A stretch of 64,000 nt of DNA, from assembly GCF_009834535.1 (NCBI RefSeq), contig NC_045697.1, positions 6,140,001 to 6,204,000 of the forward strand, written 5' to 3'. Below are positions 37,701 to 49,700 of this stretch, piece by piece. The translations under genes and the position numbers were made by a program. Each line of letters opens with the position of its first letter. The first letter of the stretch is position 1. A model generated the notes under the pieces. The model did no database searches. It saw only the letters and a list, made by a program, of their open reading frames with translations, and was not told the DNA's origin. The stretch is from Camelus ferus (lineage: Eukaryota).

Positions 37701-40700
37701 TCACACCAGAGGACCCCACAGACACAAACCCGTACTTACGGCATAGATGCCGCCGTCGTGAGCCTTGCTTCCTCCCAGTGCGCACACCTTCTCTCCTGTC
37801 TTTCCGTCGTAGATGTAGATCTTTCAAGAAATACAGATACATGTGGGTCACGGGGACATGTGATCGCTCTTGGCTGTCAGCACGCTCACTGAGCTGTCCC
37901 TATTAATAACTGCTCCATCATCAAGTGACTCTTACAATAAAGATTTAATGTAAATTAGTGTTAAAAGATGAGTTTTGAGCTCCTTTAAAAGGGTCTACCA
38001 TGCTTTGATGACACAGCTCCTCAATGGAGCTGCATCCCGAGATGGGGGGGAAAGAGGGAGACTTCTAAGTTCTGCACATTGAGACCAGTTTCCTAAGTCT
38101 ATCTGCTCTGAACTCACAGAGGACACGAGATGAACCCCCACCTCCACGGCCTTCAGCCCTCACCTGGCCATCAGCGCTGGCTGTGGCAAATCTGTTCCCG
38201 TCGGGGGAGAATCGCACGCAGTTGACGAAGCGGCTGTGGTCCTGCAGGAAACGAGACAGTTACCCACCATCGACAGGCAAGTTCAAGAAGGCTCTCTGTG
38301 AAGTATGCAGCCCATGCCCACCACTAGTGTGGACCACCAGTCCCCGGGAGGCTTTGGACCTTATTAACACAAGTGCCGAGCAGACTCGCTGGGAGGTCCA
38401 ACCCAGCCTGCCCACCTTGGCCAGGTGCATCTCTGCCTGGGGGGCCTCCCTCCGCTGTGGTGGGCCCCCTGATCTCCGCAGACAGAAATGGCCCACCTCC
38501 CTCAGGCCCCAGAGGAGCTCAAGCCCAAACTTCCTCTGCTTAGTGAGGCTGGGAACATGAGGCTCTTCCCCGAGCCCCCAGGGCCTGGCCCCAACCCAGC
38601 ACACAGCAGGCGCTTGGTGGGCATTTGCTGAACCAACTGAGGTTTGTAAAGAAGTTAAACAGCAGTTATGACCTTCATGGGAAGAGTCTGAGTGACTCAG
38701 GAGACATGGCCTCAAGGAGTGATTCTGCCATCCAAGTAAGTAAATGACCTCACTCTTTCCTCAATCAAGAAGGGTTTGCGTCAGAGAATGACCCTTTGAA
38801 AAACCCACAAGCCACCAACAGGACCCCAGCCCTTCTCCCACCTCAGCTGCAAGCACACGGTGAGCGTTAGTTACCAACTCTCCTCCGTGCACGGGGTTAG
38901 TTGCCTCTAAAGATATGAACACACAACCTGCAAGAAAGGCAAATCGACTCAACGCATATCACCTGCCCCGATCGACCCTCCAAGTATATCGCTGGCAATT
39001 TTAAACTGCAAGCTGCTGGCGTGGAAGGGACGGCATGTGTTTGATTATGTGATGGGTTGAGTTGTGTCCTGAAGAAACAGGCTGAAATCCCAGGTACTGG
39101 TGATTGTGACCTTATGGGAAAGAGGGTCTCTGCACGTGCAGTCAAGTCAAGATGAGCTCCTTAGGGTGGGCCCTAAGCCAACACCCTGGTGTCCTCGTGG
39201 GGAGAGGGAGATGTGGACTCGCTACAGACACAGGGAGACACCATGCGGAGACGGAGGCAGAGACGGACTGGGTGATGCTCCCATGGCCACGAACGGCCAG
39301 TTTTGCCTTCTTAGTGTCTTGTGTCTGCTCAGTCTGCTTCTCAGGCCCACCTTGCCTGCTCTGGGGTTTGTGTTCTGAGTTGGGAGACAGCCGCTTCCCA
39401 GCAGGCACGCAAACCGCCAAAATGAATGAAAGTGAAGATGAATCAACTTTCCCAGCAGGAATCCGTCAGGCCCTCTGACTGCTGTTCCTCCGTGACTGTC
39501 ACTCACCTGTCATCCTCCCACCTCCAGGGGCCCCCTTTTCTTTTTTTTTAAATTCAGGAGACAACAAGGCCCAGAGAGGCTGAGTTGTGAGAACACAGGT
39601 CTCCAGTTTCTCGTCAAGAGCTCTGGACCCCACCGTGCTGGCTCTGGGCCCTGGACAGAAGGCAGGCAGGCCGGGCGAGGAGCCACCCAGAGGTCAGATC
39701 CTTAACTCCTCAGGCCGAGTGCCACTGCTCTGCTGTCCCTACACCTGTAAGGGAGCCAGCTGCACATTGAGGCCCACGTCCCTCTGTCCCTGTCAGCCCT
39801 GGGCTGGTTCAGACCTAGTGGTAGGAGGATTTCTGGGGCCAAGCCCCCTAGGCTTCTTTCAGTCCTCCCAGAACTGCCCCGTGGGGAGGACAGGCAGGAA
39901 GGAACAACTCGTTCTGGATGAGCTCAAAGGAAAAGCTCTTCAGTGACAAAACCACAGTCGCAATCCTGGACATCTGCCCAAATGTCTGGTCCTCTCGTGT
40001 CTGACCTCTGCTGGCTCACCGTCCCTGGTTCCAGTTTCCTCCACTGTGAGGTGGACGAGGGAGGGGGCTGGGACCAGCTCCCCACTCTGGTGCCTGAGAC
40101 TGATGGAGTCCCGGCCAGACGTCCCCCCAAGAACCAGGAATGCCGAGAGCTCACAGCAGTGGAGCAGACCTCAGGGCCAAATGGGGGCGATGGGGTGTGT
40201 CAGTGGGGGGTGACTGCTCTTTACTGGGCATGAGGATACACTGGGAACCAGAGGGACACCCAGCCACCGTGCAATTCTCATTTGCCAAACTCCTGTTTCT
40301 CTGGTCCCTGAGAGGAGAGCAGGAGCACCCCCCACACAGCCCAGCTCAGAGGTCGGGGTACCCGTCGGTGCTGCTGCCCCTCCCCTTCCCCGACTGCCTG
40401 CCCCTCTCAGCTCTGATGCTTCAGCGACATCACACATGTGGACACTGTCTGTCCATCTTCCCACTGGGTGCAGGCTGGACAGGGCACAGGCCCCCCTGGG
40501 GACTGGGCGCTGTGGCTTCAGAAAGTCTTCCTGGTCAGCTTTTCCTGCAACTCAAGCCAAGAGCCCAAATGGACAGGAGACTGATGTCTGGTCCTGAAAT
40601 AGCCCATTTAAAGGGAGGAACAGTGAGCAGCCCATTAACCAAAAAAGTGTGGGCTAAAAATAGCCCACACTGCAGGGAGGTGAGGCCAGAGTACAGAAGA

Positions 40701-43700
40701 GGACCGGGTGTGGGGGAACATCATGGGCGCTTTGGACGATTGAGTCCCTATCCTTCCCTCTCTCCCTTCCACCCTAGAAAGGCTCTGGCCGCCCCCTGGG
40801 GTGAAGGGCCCGGGTGCCTGGTCCCCTCCAACACACCGCAGCGCTGGCGGGACTGTGCTAGTGGATCTGCCCAGAACCTCCCCACTGTCATTACCTCCCC
40901 ACACCCTGTTATTACCCATCCCCCACATCGTTACCTCCCCAATCCTGGCATTACTTCCCATCATTCCCCGCTCCCCACACCATCACTGCCTCCCCCTCCC
41001 CTCCCCCCACCACTGAGAAATCGGAGCTGGGAACAATTAGCTAGTAAGTAGGTAATGCACCAGGGTCCACGTCACTGACAGGGACAGAGCGCCACTGGGC
41101 TCCAGGGCCTGACCAGCAGGTCAGCTCAGGTGTCCCCTGGGAGCCCTCCCTGGTTCCAGCAGCCTCAGCTGTGTCCTGCCTGTACGATGGCTACCCTCAG
41201 CCTGGGTGCCCTGTGCCTACCTGCCTCGTTCCCTTGTCACAGGCTCGTGGAGGGACACACGGTTCAGATGCCCATGACCACTGCCCCCTCCCTCCCTCCA
41301 CGGTCAGCACCCTGAAAGTGGGTTTCCACCCTGCCCTGAAATGCTGCCCCTCCCCACTTCAGTCCATTGCCCCTGCCCAAACCCTGCTCCTCCGCACTCT
41401 GAGAAACCTTCCTGTAAAGTGTCTGGGGAGCAGCCCTGCACCCCTTGCCCTTCAAAAACCACACCCCCTCCTCCCGTCACCCTGGACAGATCTGCCCAGT
41501 TACCACTTTCCTCTGCAGAGAGAGGACCTGATGAAGGGATAAAAGGTTCATTCTAACCCTCCTTTGGCCACTGACTGTCCACGTCAGCTTGGCTAATCAG
41601 CTCAGGGGGATACCAGGGAGATAAGGGGCAGAGAGGAGGAGACCCGCCCTGCCGACCTCCCGGCACGGCCATCGATCACTAACGCACACCACTCTCTGAA
41701 AGCCAACACAAGGGGGAAAGGTGGCTAAGGATGATGCCAGGCCGTCTGTGTGCCCAGCCCAGGGCCAGTACAAGGCGGGCACCTGATACACACTTGAACT
41801 CCAACTTCTGCTTTCAGTCATGAATAAAGACACAGGACAAAGGGAAAAACAACCACTAGAAAACCTTGCATATTAGAGCTCAAATTTTGCTCAACTGTCT
41901 GGGTGGGTGATACTTCTAGTAACTTCCAAGCTGTGCTCACCTCCACCATGCAGAGCCACAGTGATGAGTGAGGCACGAGGGCGCCGCGCCACGCGGCACC
42001 CCTGGGCAGAGGGAAGACCCGGAGGCCCCTCTGCGGCCAGGTGCGCTCGCTTGCTCTCAGAGGCCTGGGCAGACGCTGCAGCTCGACAGGCAGGTCCGGG
42101 TGAATGAGGGCCCTGACGCTTGTTGCTCTGAGCAATCATCTCATCAGACACGCGCTATCCTGTGGACCGTGGACACAGCCCTCAGAGGTGCTCGCTACGG
42201 GGGCAGTGTCCCCGGTCATAGGAGCAGCCGACACACTCACCCGACAGAGGAGGAAGCAGAGGCCTGAGAGGCAGAGAAGTCCGCCCGAGGCCACAGTCGC
42301 CCAGGTGCACACGGGCAGGTGAGGGAGAGACGCTTAGCGGGGCCATCATCACACCTCCAGATGCCGTCACAGGGGTGTGCTTGGCAGGAAGAAACCCCCA
42401 TGGGAGAGGCAGAAATAGGCAAGGTCCCTCTTGCACCCTTCTTTTCAGGCCACCCTTAGGGCCTCAAAGGGGCATCTAAACTCCTGGGCACAGCCGGTCT
42501 CCTGTGACCCTGGGGTCACTTCCCTGGGGGGGTGCTATTCTGCCCACGGTTCCTACAGCCTCTCAGCCCATTTCTAGTTCAGGCAAACTAGGACTAAAGC
42601 CAGATCAGGGGCCTGGGCAGGAACCGGGATGGTACAGCTGAAGTTGGGCATGACTCAGCTTTGTCTACACTCTCACTATGCCAACACGAGAAGCTGGTTT
42701 GAACCAACAAACTGATGAACAAGAAGGAAAAGCACCGAGACCCCCACACTCAGGCCAGCAGGGGGACGGCGGCCACTCCTGTCTGCATCTGAGACACTGC
42801 TGCCCTCCTGCCTGGTCGGAGCTGCCTTACAGCTGCTCCGGCAGGTACTGAAATTTGGAACACGACTAACTCCTTTTTTGAGGCAGCAACTTGAACTCGA
42901 CTCCTCTGTGCTGCTCACATGCTCACCCCTCCCTCAACGGCCCTAAATGTGGCCCAGAGAACGGTGGCAGAAGCTGGAACCGGGTGGATGGGGACCCTGC
43001 ACATTACAGCCTTGCTCTGGGGTGGTGAGGGCCGCGCAGATGCACAAGGCAAAGGCCGATCTCACCTTACAAGGCGCTACAGGTGGGTGTGGGGGGCCCT
43101 CCTGTCCTTCCTACTCCAAGCCAACTGAGCCTGTTAGAATCTTTCAAAGATGTTCGGCAATGCCTCACAGCTGCTCAGACATCCACCAGCAGCTCTCCGT
43201 CTTCCCCGCAACTCTGCGGCCCAGTGGGGGAGGGCCATCCCCACCCTGTTTCCCTGGGGGCTCAGAGGCACAGCCAGCCTGAGGGCTGCAGAGCCAGCCA
43301 GCTACAGCGCTGGGCTGCCACCCAACGTCCCCCATTCTCAGTCCATAGCCCCTGATCTCTGCTGGGTCCCTACCCTGGAAGACTTCAGGATGAGCTGTGT
43401 GCCCATCCTGGAGACAGGTGCCAGCCAGGCCAGCGTCTCCACGTGACACACTTGGGCCGGGGCCGCAGGGTAGGGGCAGTGTTCTCAGGTCAGAAAGGAA
43501 AATGGAAAGAAAAGGAACCTTCTGGCCAAGTCCCCGAGTCAGCCCCCGGAGAAGACCGGCAGGGTGGTAGAGCACAGGTCCGGGCCAACTCCGGACTTGA
43601 GTCCTGGCTCCAGCCACCTGCCACTGAGGCGCTGTGCTGGGTTTAATCCGTACCTGCAAAGAGGAAATGATCCCTCCCTGCTCTCAGGGCAGGAAATGGA

Positions 43701-46700
43701 GCCCCGCCCACCCAGAGCCCAGATAACAGCCAAGGGGAACCAAACAGACCTGGGGTGGGGTGGGGAGGGGAAGGGGCACAGGGAGAGGGAGACAGGGAGA
43801 GGGGCTAGGACAGTCTCTTGCTGCCACAGAAACCTCCGTCTCCCTCCTCCCTCCCCTGGGCCCAGCGCAGGATGCCCAGACTTGACTCAGCATTACTCAC
43901 AGTACCTCATCCTGCTTAGGAAACGGCTGACCTTGAACCACGCCTCCCACAGAGTGCCACCACCCACCTGGAGCAGCAGCCCCAGGAGCCCACCTCCGGG
44001 AGGGAGGTGCAGGGTGCTAGGGAGGGGCTCTGGGCTGCACAGCCCACTGGCCCTGCTGGGTGGCCCCGGGAGGAAATCAAACCCGTTTCATCACCAGTAG
44101 GGAACCTGGGGAGCTCCTCTGCACCTGAGCCGAGATCTGTCTGGAAGTGCTGCCCACAGCCGAGTCCTGCTCTCTGGGGAACCGTTGAGGACCGCCACTG
44201 CCTTTCCGGCCACACCCTGCCCACTGCTTATGATTCACTGTGTTGTCATCAAAGTTAACAAGGCTTCTCACTCAGTGAGCCACTAACGTTCCTGGGACAA
44301 GGCCCCAGACCTCAGCAAATCCCAGCTCAGCCACCTCCAGGGCACACAGCCGGCCGTAAAGCACCACACGTTCTCTACACAGCAGCTCTGTGCACTCACT
44401 TCCACCACCACCACCGGTACTGGCTGCCTCTCTGGTGTTTTCACAAGAGAATCGGGAGGGGGAGATTCGGAACCACAGCCACCCTGGAACTTGAGTGCCG
44501 CTGTCCCCTGCCAGGTACCCTCCCTTCCACACTCTAGCCTCAGACCACGGGGCAGGAAACCAGCATCGTGGGCCACCGTGGACCTGCAGGTGCTGTGCAT
44601 AGCTCAAATTCATGGTTACATTGCTCTCCCGCCCATATCCCCACACCCATCCTGCAGATGGGAAAAGTGAGGCTTAGAGAGGTTCAGAACCTTGTCCCAG
44701 TCAGGAAGCATGTGCAGAGCTGGCACTGAGACCCCAAAGCCATTTACACCCAAAGCCTGCGACTCTCCAGGCAAAGCGGCTAACTCTCCTCACTGTGTGT
44801 CACTTCACAGGTGTCACCTGCCCTCATCACCTCTCTCAGGGAGGTACCAGAGGGGCAGATACAGATATCCCTGGAAACTCACCTCCTCTGACATTTTAGT
44901 GGCTCAGGGGATCTCAAGCTGGTACAATCAGAAGGCAGACGGTCACCTGGCCTGGGCTCCCCTTTCTAACAAGGCACTTCCAGACCAGGACGCTTACCCA
45001 GTCACCCGATGTCAGAGATGCGCCACCACCCCTAGCCACCTACCCAGCCATCCCAGGATTGATGGTGTGCAGTTGGGACCTTCTGCCATCAGCATCTAAC
45101 AGGTCTAGACTCTGCCGGCTTCAGGTAAACCACAAAGTCCACCCAAAAACCACCCTACAGAGAGAAGCCCACTTACGCCAATTGTGAACTTGAACTTGAA
45201 TGGTGGCCCCTCAAAGAACGCGGCACAGTTGTCATCACTGCCAGTCACCAGGCGGTACGGCCGGCTCTGCTTAATGTCCACGCTGTTGATGACTTTGTTG
45301 TGTCCTGTGATCTCGCCCACGGAAGAGCCACTGTCCCACAGGAAGACGGCTCCGAACCTTCACCCAATGAGAAGAGTCCAGGAAAGGAAAAGTCAGTCCC
45401 AGGAAGGTCGCTAAGACGCAGGCAATGGTGCTGGCAGCGCAGCCCTGCTCACATCTGTGCTCCGTGCACGCTCCCCCAAGCGCGCAGGATTTTCTAACAA
45501 ACAGGAACCATCCCAAGTGCTTCTGGGAAGGGACTAGATGTCTGTGTCTTAGGTCCAGACCCAACGAGCCTCCCACGTGAAGGTGCCTTAAAAGCACCTG
45601 CCAGGGAACAGCTCTAGGGCTTTGTCAGTTTCACAACAGTTTTACTGGCAGGGGGGTGGGGGCCACAAGGAAACACACAGTTACCCTCCCCTACTAGAAA
45701 GGAGACGCTGCCTTGTTCTCGGCTGGCAGTCAATGAAAATGTATTGTTTTGGTTACTCTTTGTGACTGAATGAAACAGGAATTAGGATCAACAGGAATGA
45801 CTTGAAAAACTATGGAAGAATTAGTACTGATCAGAACACACATTAGGATCCTCTGAGTAAATTCCTACCAAGTTCAAGTGCTTGACGGCAGCAGAGGTGC
45901 CAGGGAGGGACCCTGACTGCACTTGGAATAAGGAACCCTGGGCCACGGTACTGACCCTGCTGGTCCCTGGACCCAAGTGCAGCAGCCCCCATGGCCCCTA
46001 CCCAGGGTCCATGTGCCCTGCTCTTTAGTGAGGTGACTGTAGGGCTGTGCCCAGCTAAGGAACACACCAGCCCCCTGGGCACCTGCTGGGAGGGACCCCA
46101 ATGTTGCTCAGAAGCTGCATCACTTTCAGCTCCCCCTTTCCTGCTGCCTGGAATGTGGGTACGCCAGCTAGGGTTCTAGGAGGCAAAGGGCCAAGGACAT
46201 CAGATCAGAGAAGGTGCCCAGGCCAGGGACAAACCCTGGGGCTCTCTGCTGTCACACGTGGTTTTCCGTCACGCAGTGCTTAGGCCAGCCCTAAAGGAGG
46301 CCTGGTTCCCACAGGATGAACACACACCAGACCAAGCCACACCGATGTCACTGCGCCCTACCCACCAGGGGCGCCCAGGAAACAAAGCAAAGCAAGGGAC
46401 AGGGCGGGAGGGGCCGGGCCAGAGACTCACTTCTCCCTTCCTTCCCCGACCACTGCGATCCTCTTACTGTCTTCCGTCCAAGCAATGTCCTTGATCTTCC
46501 CAGCAAAAGGCTGATACTCATACTTCAAGAGGTGCTCCTTCTGCGTGGTATCCCAGATCCTCAGCTTCCCAGATATGTCTGCGGACACAACGGGGCAGTG
46601 AGGCCACATTCACTACTGGGCCAGGGCCGCGTGCGCAAAGGCAAGTTCACGCAGCACCGCCCAGGGTCCGCAGGCTTGCTGGAGACAGCTGGGGCCACAG

Positions 46701-49700
46701 CTGGGAGGAGGTGCGTGTTCTCAGGTTAACAGTACCCGGTCACTGTCAATCAGAGCCTGCTGCCTCCGTGAGGACCAGTATGGGGGCCTCTGCATTTTCC
46801 CGGTCATCACGACGATCACAAGCCCTGACTGTGCCACCTGGACACATGGCAGCAATGCTCAGGGAGCAGTTTGTTTTATGACTGTATTCCTTTCCTTGTA
46901 GGGAGATCAGGCAAATTCCTTACATTCGGGAACTAAAGTTGTCATCTGCAAAAACCTGATGGCACTAGTGATGCTGCCTCTCCTGCGCAGGGGCTGCAGA
47001 AACCAGGAGAAACGAGGGGTGCCACTGAGCCTGTGCCCGGGGGGCCTGGGGCATGCTGTGCCCTGCGAGGTGGCCCTCTGCCTCCCCAGGGTCTGCAGGC
47101 TCTGTCCCCCTGTCTCCCAGCTCTGTGGCAGCGCCTCAGGCAACGAGCAGCCCCGTTTGGCAGAGCGAGGCATCACCCCACAACTTGAGGCTGAGCCGAG
47201 AATGAGACCCTCTGGTGAGGCTCCACCCAGCACCGTGGGCGTTGCAAGGAGTCGTACTACAGACAGAACTTGATACCAGGCCTGTTCTCACCGTAGCATT
47301 TGCAGCGGATTAGTAATAAATTAACACGCCCTCTCCTCCCTGCTGCCATCCGTCACCCAGCTCCACGCACCAGCCCCCACACGTGCTTCCCAAACGCGCA
47401 CCGACTTCCTCAAACGAGCAGGAAAAGTGGAACATTGTACACTAACTCTCGAGCCTAAAACCTCAGCCCTGCATGGCTCTGAGTCAAGTCCCCCAGCAGG
47501 TAAGCTCGCACTGTCTCCAGGACCCCGGCCAGCGGGGCACTGAACGCAAACTCTACAGCCGGTCTCGGTGGGAACGGCTTCCATCGCCCGTTCAGGCCCA
47601 GCCGACGGGGGGTGCCGGCTACAGAGGCTGCCCTTGCCCTGCGAGGCTCTGTGGGCGTCAAACAGCACTGACAGCCCCAGCCACAGAGGGGATAATGAAC
47701 ACCAGGGGGCTGCTGTGACGATAAATGAGTCAACACACGTAGTCTTAGACGAGCCCCTAGTGCACCGTGGGCTCCTGCGATGACTCAGTCTCAACCAGTC
47801 AGTGAACTAAGGCTCTGCAGGAGGCCACTGGAAGCGCACCCCTGCGGGCGAACACCGGGCTCAGGGTCTGCCGTGGAACAGATGAGAAGAGACACCAGCA
47901 TCCTTGTGAACAGGGCTAATGAGGGCGCCCCGGGGGCCCTGGTCTCTCTGGACGAGGTCCAGCCAGACCGCCTGGCATGCTGCCCGAGGCAAGTTCCAAA
48001 GCTGACCACAGCCAGTTAAGCCCTCGGCTGAACAAACCAGCTGGCAGGGAAAGGAGAGGAAGCAGCAGAAGCGGGAGCCGGAAGAGGAGCACCGTGTGTG
48101 CAGGAAGGACACGGGCGCTCACGCGTGTGCACACGCTCACACACACGCTGGGCTGTGTGGTCCCCGTGCTCAGGCCAGTCCAGGGCGCTACAGGGAGTCA
48201 TGGAGAATATAGCGCCTGCAGCACAAGGCTGAGGGTGCCCTGCTCAGACACCCCAGGGCCGCTCTCCCACCCCCCAGCTCAGCAGGGAATCTGCTCCCCT
48301 CACCCTGCTGAGCTCAGGCCCCCTCCAGGCCTGGACTCACAGTCAGTTCTCCCACTGCCTCCCCCGCTCAGGCCATCAGCCTCTTCTGTTGGGTCCTGCT
48401 TGTTCATCTAATTCTTTTCAGAAGCAGCTGGGGCTGGAAAGAGACAGTGGCCCCATCTGACGAGGGCAGCCCTGACCAGGGGCCCCTGGGGGCAGCAGGC
48501 ACCTGCTGGCAGACAACAAATGTACACATGTCCACTCGCTTGTAGGACACAGGACCACGGAGAAAAGCACTGCGGTGCAAGGGGACAGACAGAGTGATGG
48601 TGGGGAAGGGGCTCCCTCCACAAGGCCTGCTCCTACCACTGGGGACACGTCTCCCCTCCAGACAATAAGCTGCACTGAGGGGAGTGACTGTGCGTGGGGA
48701 GCCTGCCCCCCACTCCTCCTGTGGAGCATCACTGGGGTCGGGGAGCCAGGTGGGCCTTCTGGTGCCCATGGAGGCCTCGCCTCACATCTGCTCTGCAGCC
48801 TGGTCTCTCCTCCCTTGGTCCTCACCAGAGAGACCCTCATATACTTCTCCTCGGGGCATGGGGCGCCTATTCAGGAACCCTCCCACTGTGCAACCTGGGT
48901 GTGCTGCTGCCCGAGGGCCACCTGGGAACCACTGCTTGGGTGCCCAGGGGGCTGAGCGTGGCGCATGGCAGCTGCCAGCACCAAATTATCGGAGGAAGAT
49001 GCCCTAGAAAGGGAAATTGGGCCTGAAGTGGCTCTGCCCTGAGAACCATCACACAGGACAGAGGGCCCCCAAGGGCAGAGACTGCTGTCTTGTTCTGGGC
49101 TGGGGTCCAGCCCCAGGTGCGGGTTCCTCACACAGCCCTTCTGGAAGGTTGGCTCATTCAGCAGAATGTAGACCAGCGAGACTCAGAGGGATCTAAGGAG
49201 CCCGCAGAGGGCTGGAACCCCGTCTGGGAGTGAGGGCAGCTTCCCTGAGGTCCTCAGGACCCCTACACCTGGGCACATCAGGTGCCAGGTACCCCACTTA
49301 GCCGGAGGGCACAGCACCTTCTCAGCCTCGCTCCTCCTCTATGCACTACACTATTTTTATTTTTAGCCCGGGGCCCAGATCTCTGCAGGAAATGTTTTGT
49401 GTCTTTGCTCGATTCAAAGCACCAGCATGCTAGAAACATAAAGCACATCGCCCAAGAAGACCTGTACCAAACTCCGAGTTCCTGCTCCACATCGGTGCTC
49501 GTACGAGCGGCCAGGAAGGTCAGACCGAGTCTCCTCGTGCGTGCACCGCCCTCTGCGGCGGTCTCTGCGCCGGCGGGCCTCACTGCTTCCCGTCTGGTTA
49601 AACGTCCCTCCCGGGGCCCAGAGGGCAGGCCTGGGCTTGCGGGTGACTCAGCAGCTGGGCTGTGGCCCCAAGCGCCAGGCGGGGATGCTATGCCAACCAC

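Noticed and set aside
40140..41051. Longest ORF in the track (303 aa, antisense in intron 5)
   Set aside because: Its composition is typical of GC-rich intron translation (Pro/Gly/Leu/Trp) with a low-complexity end and no recognisable domain. PhyloCSF or ribosome profiling would be needed to reconsider.
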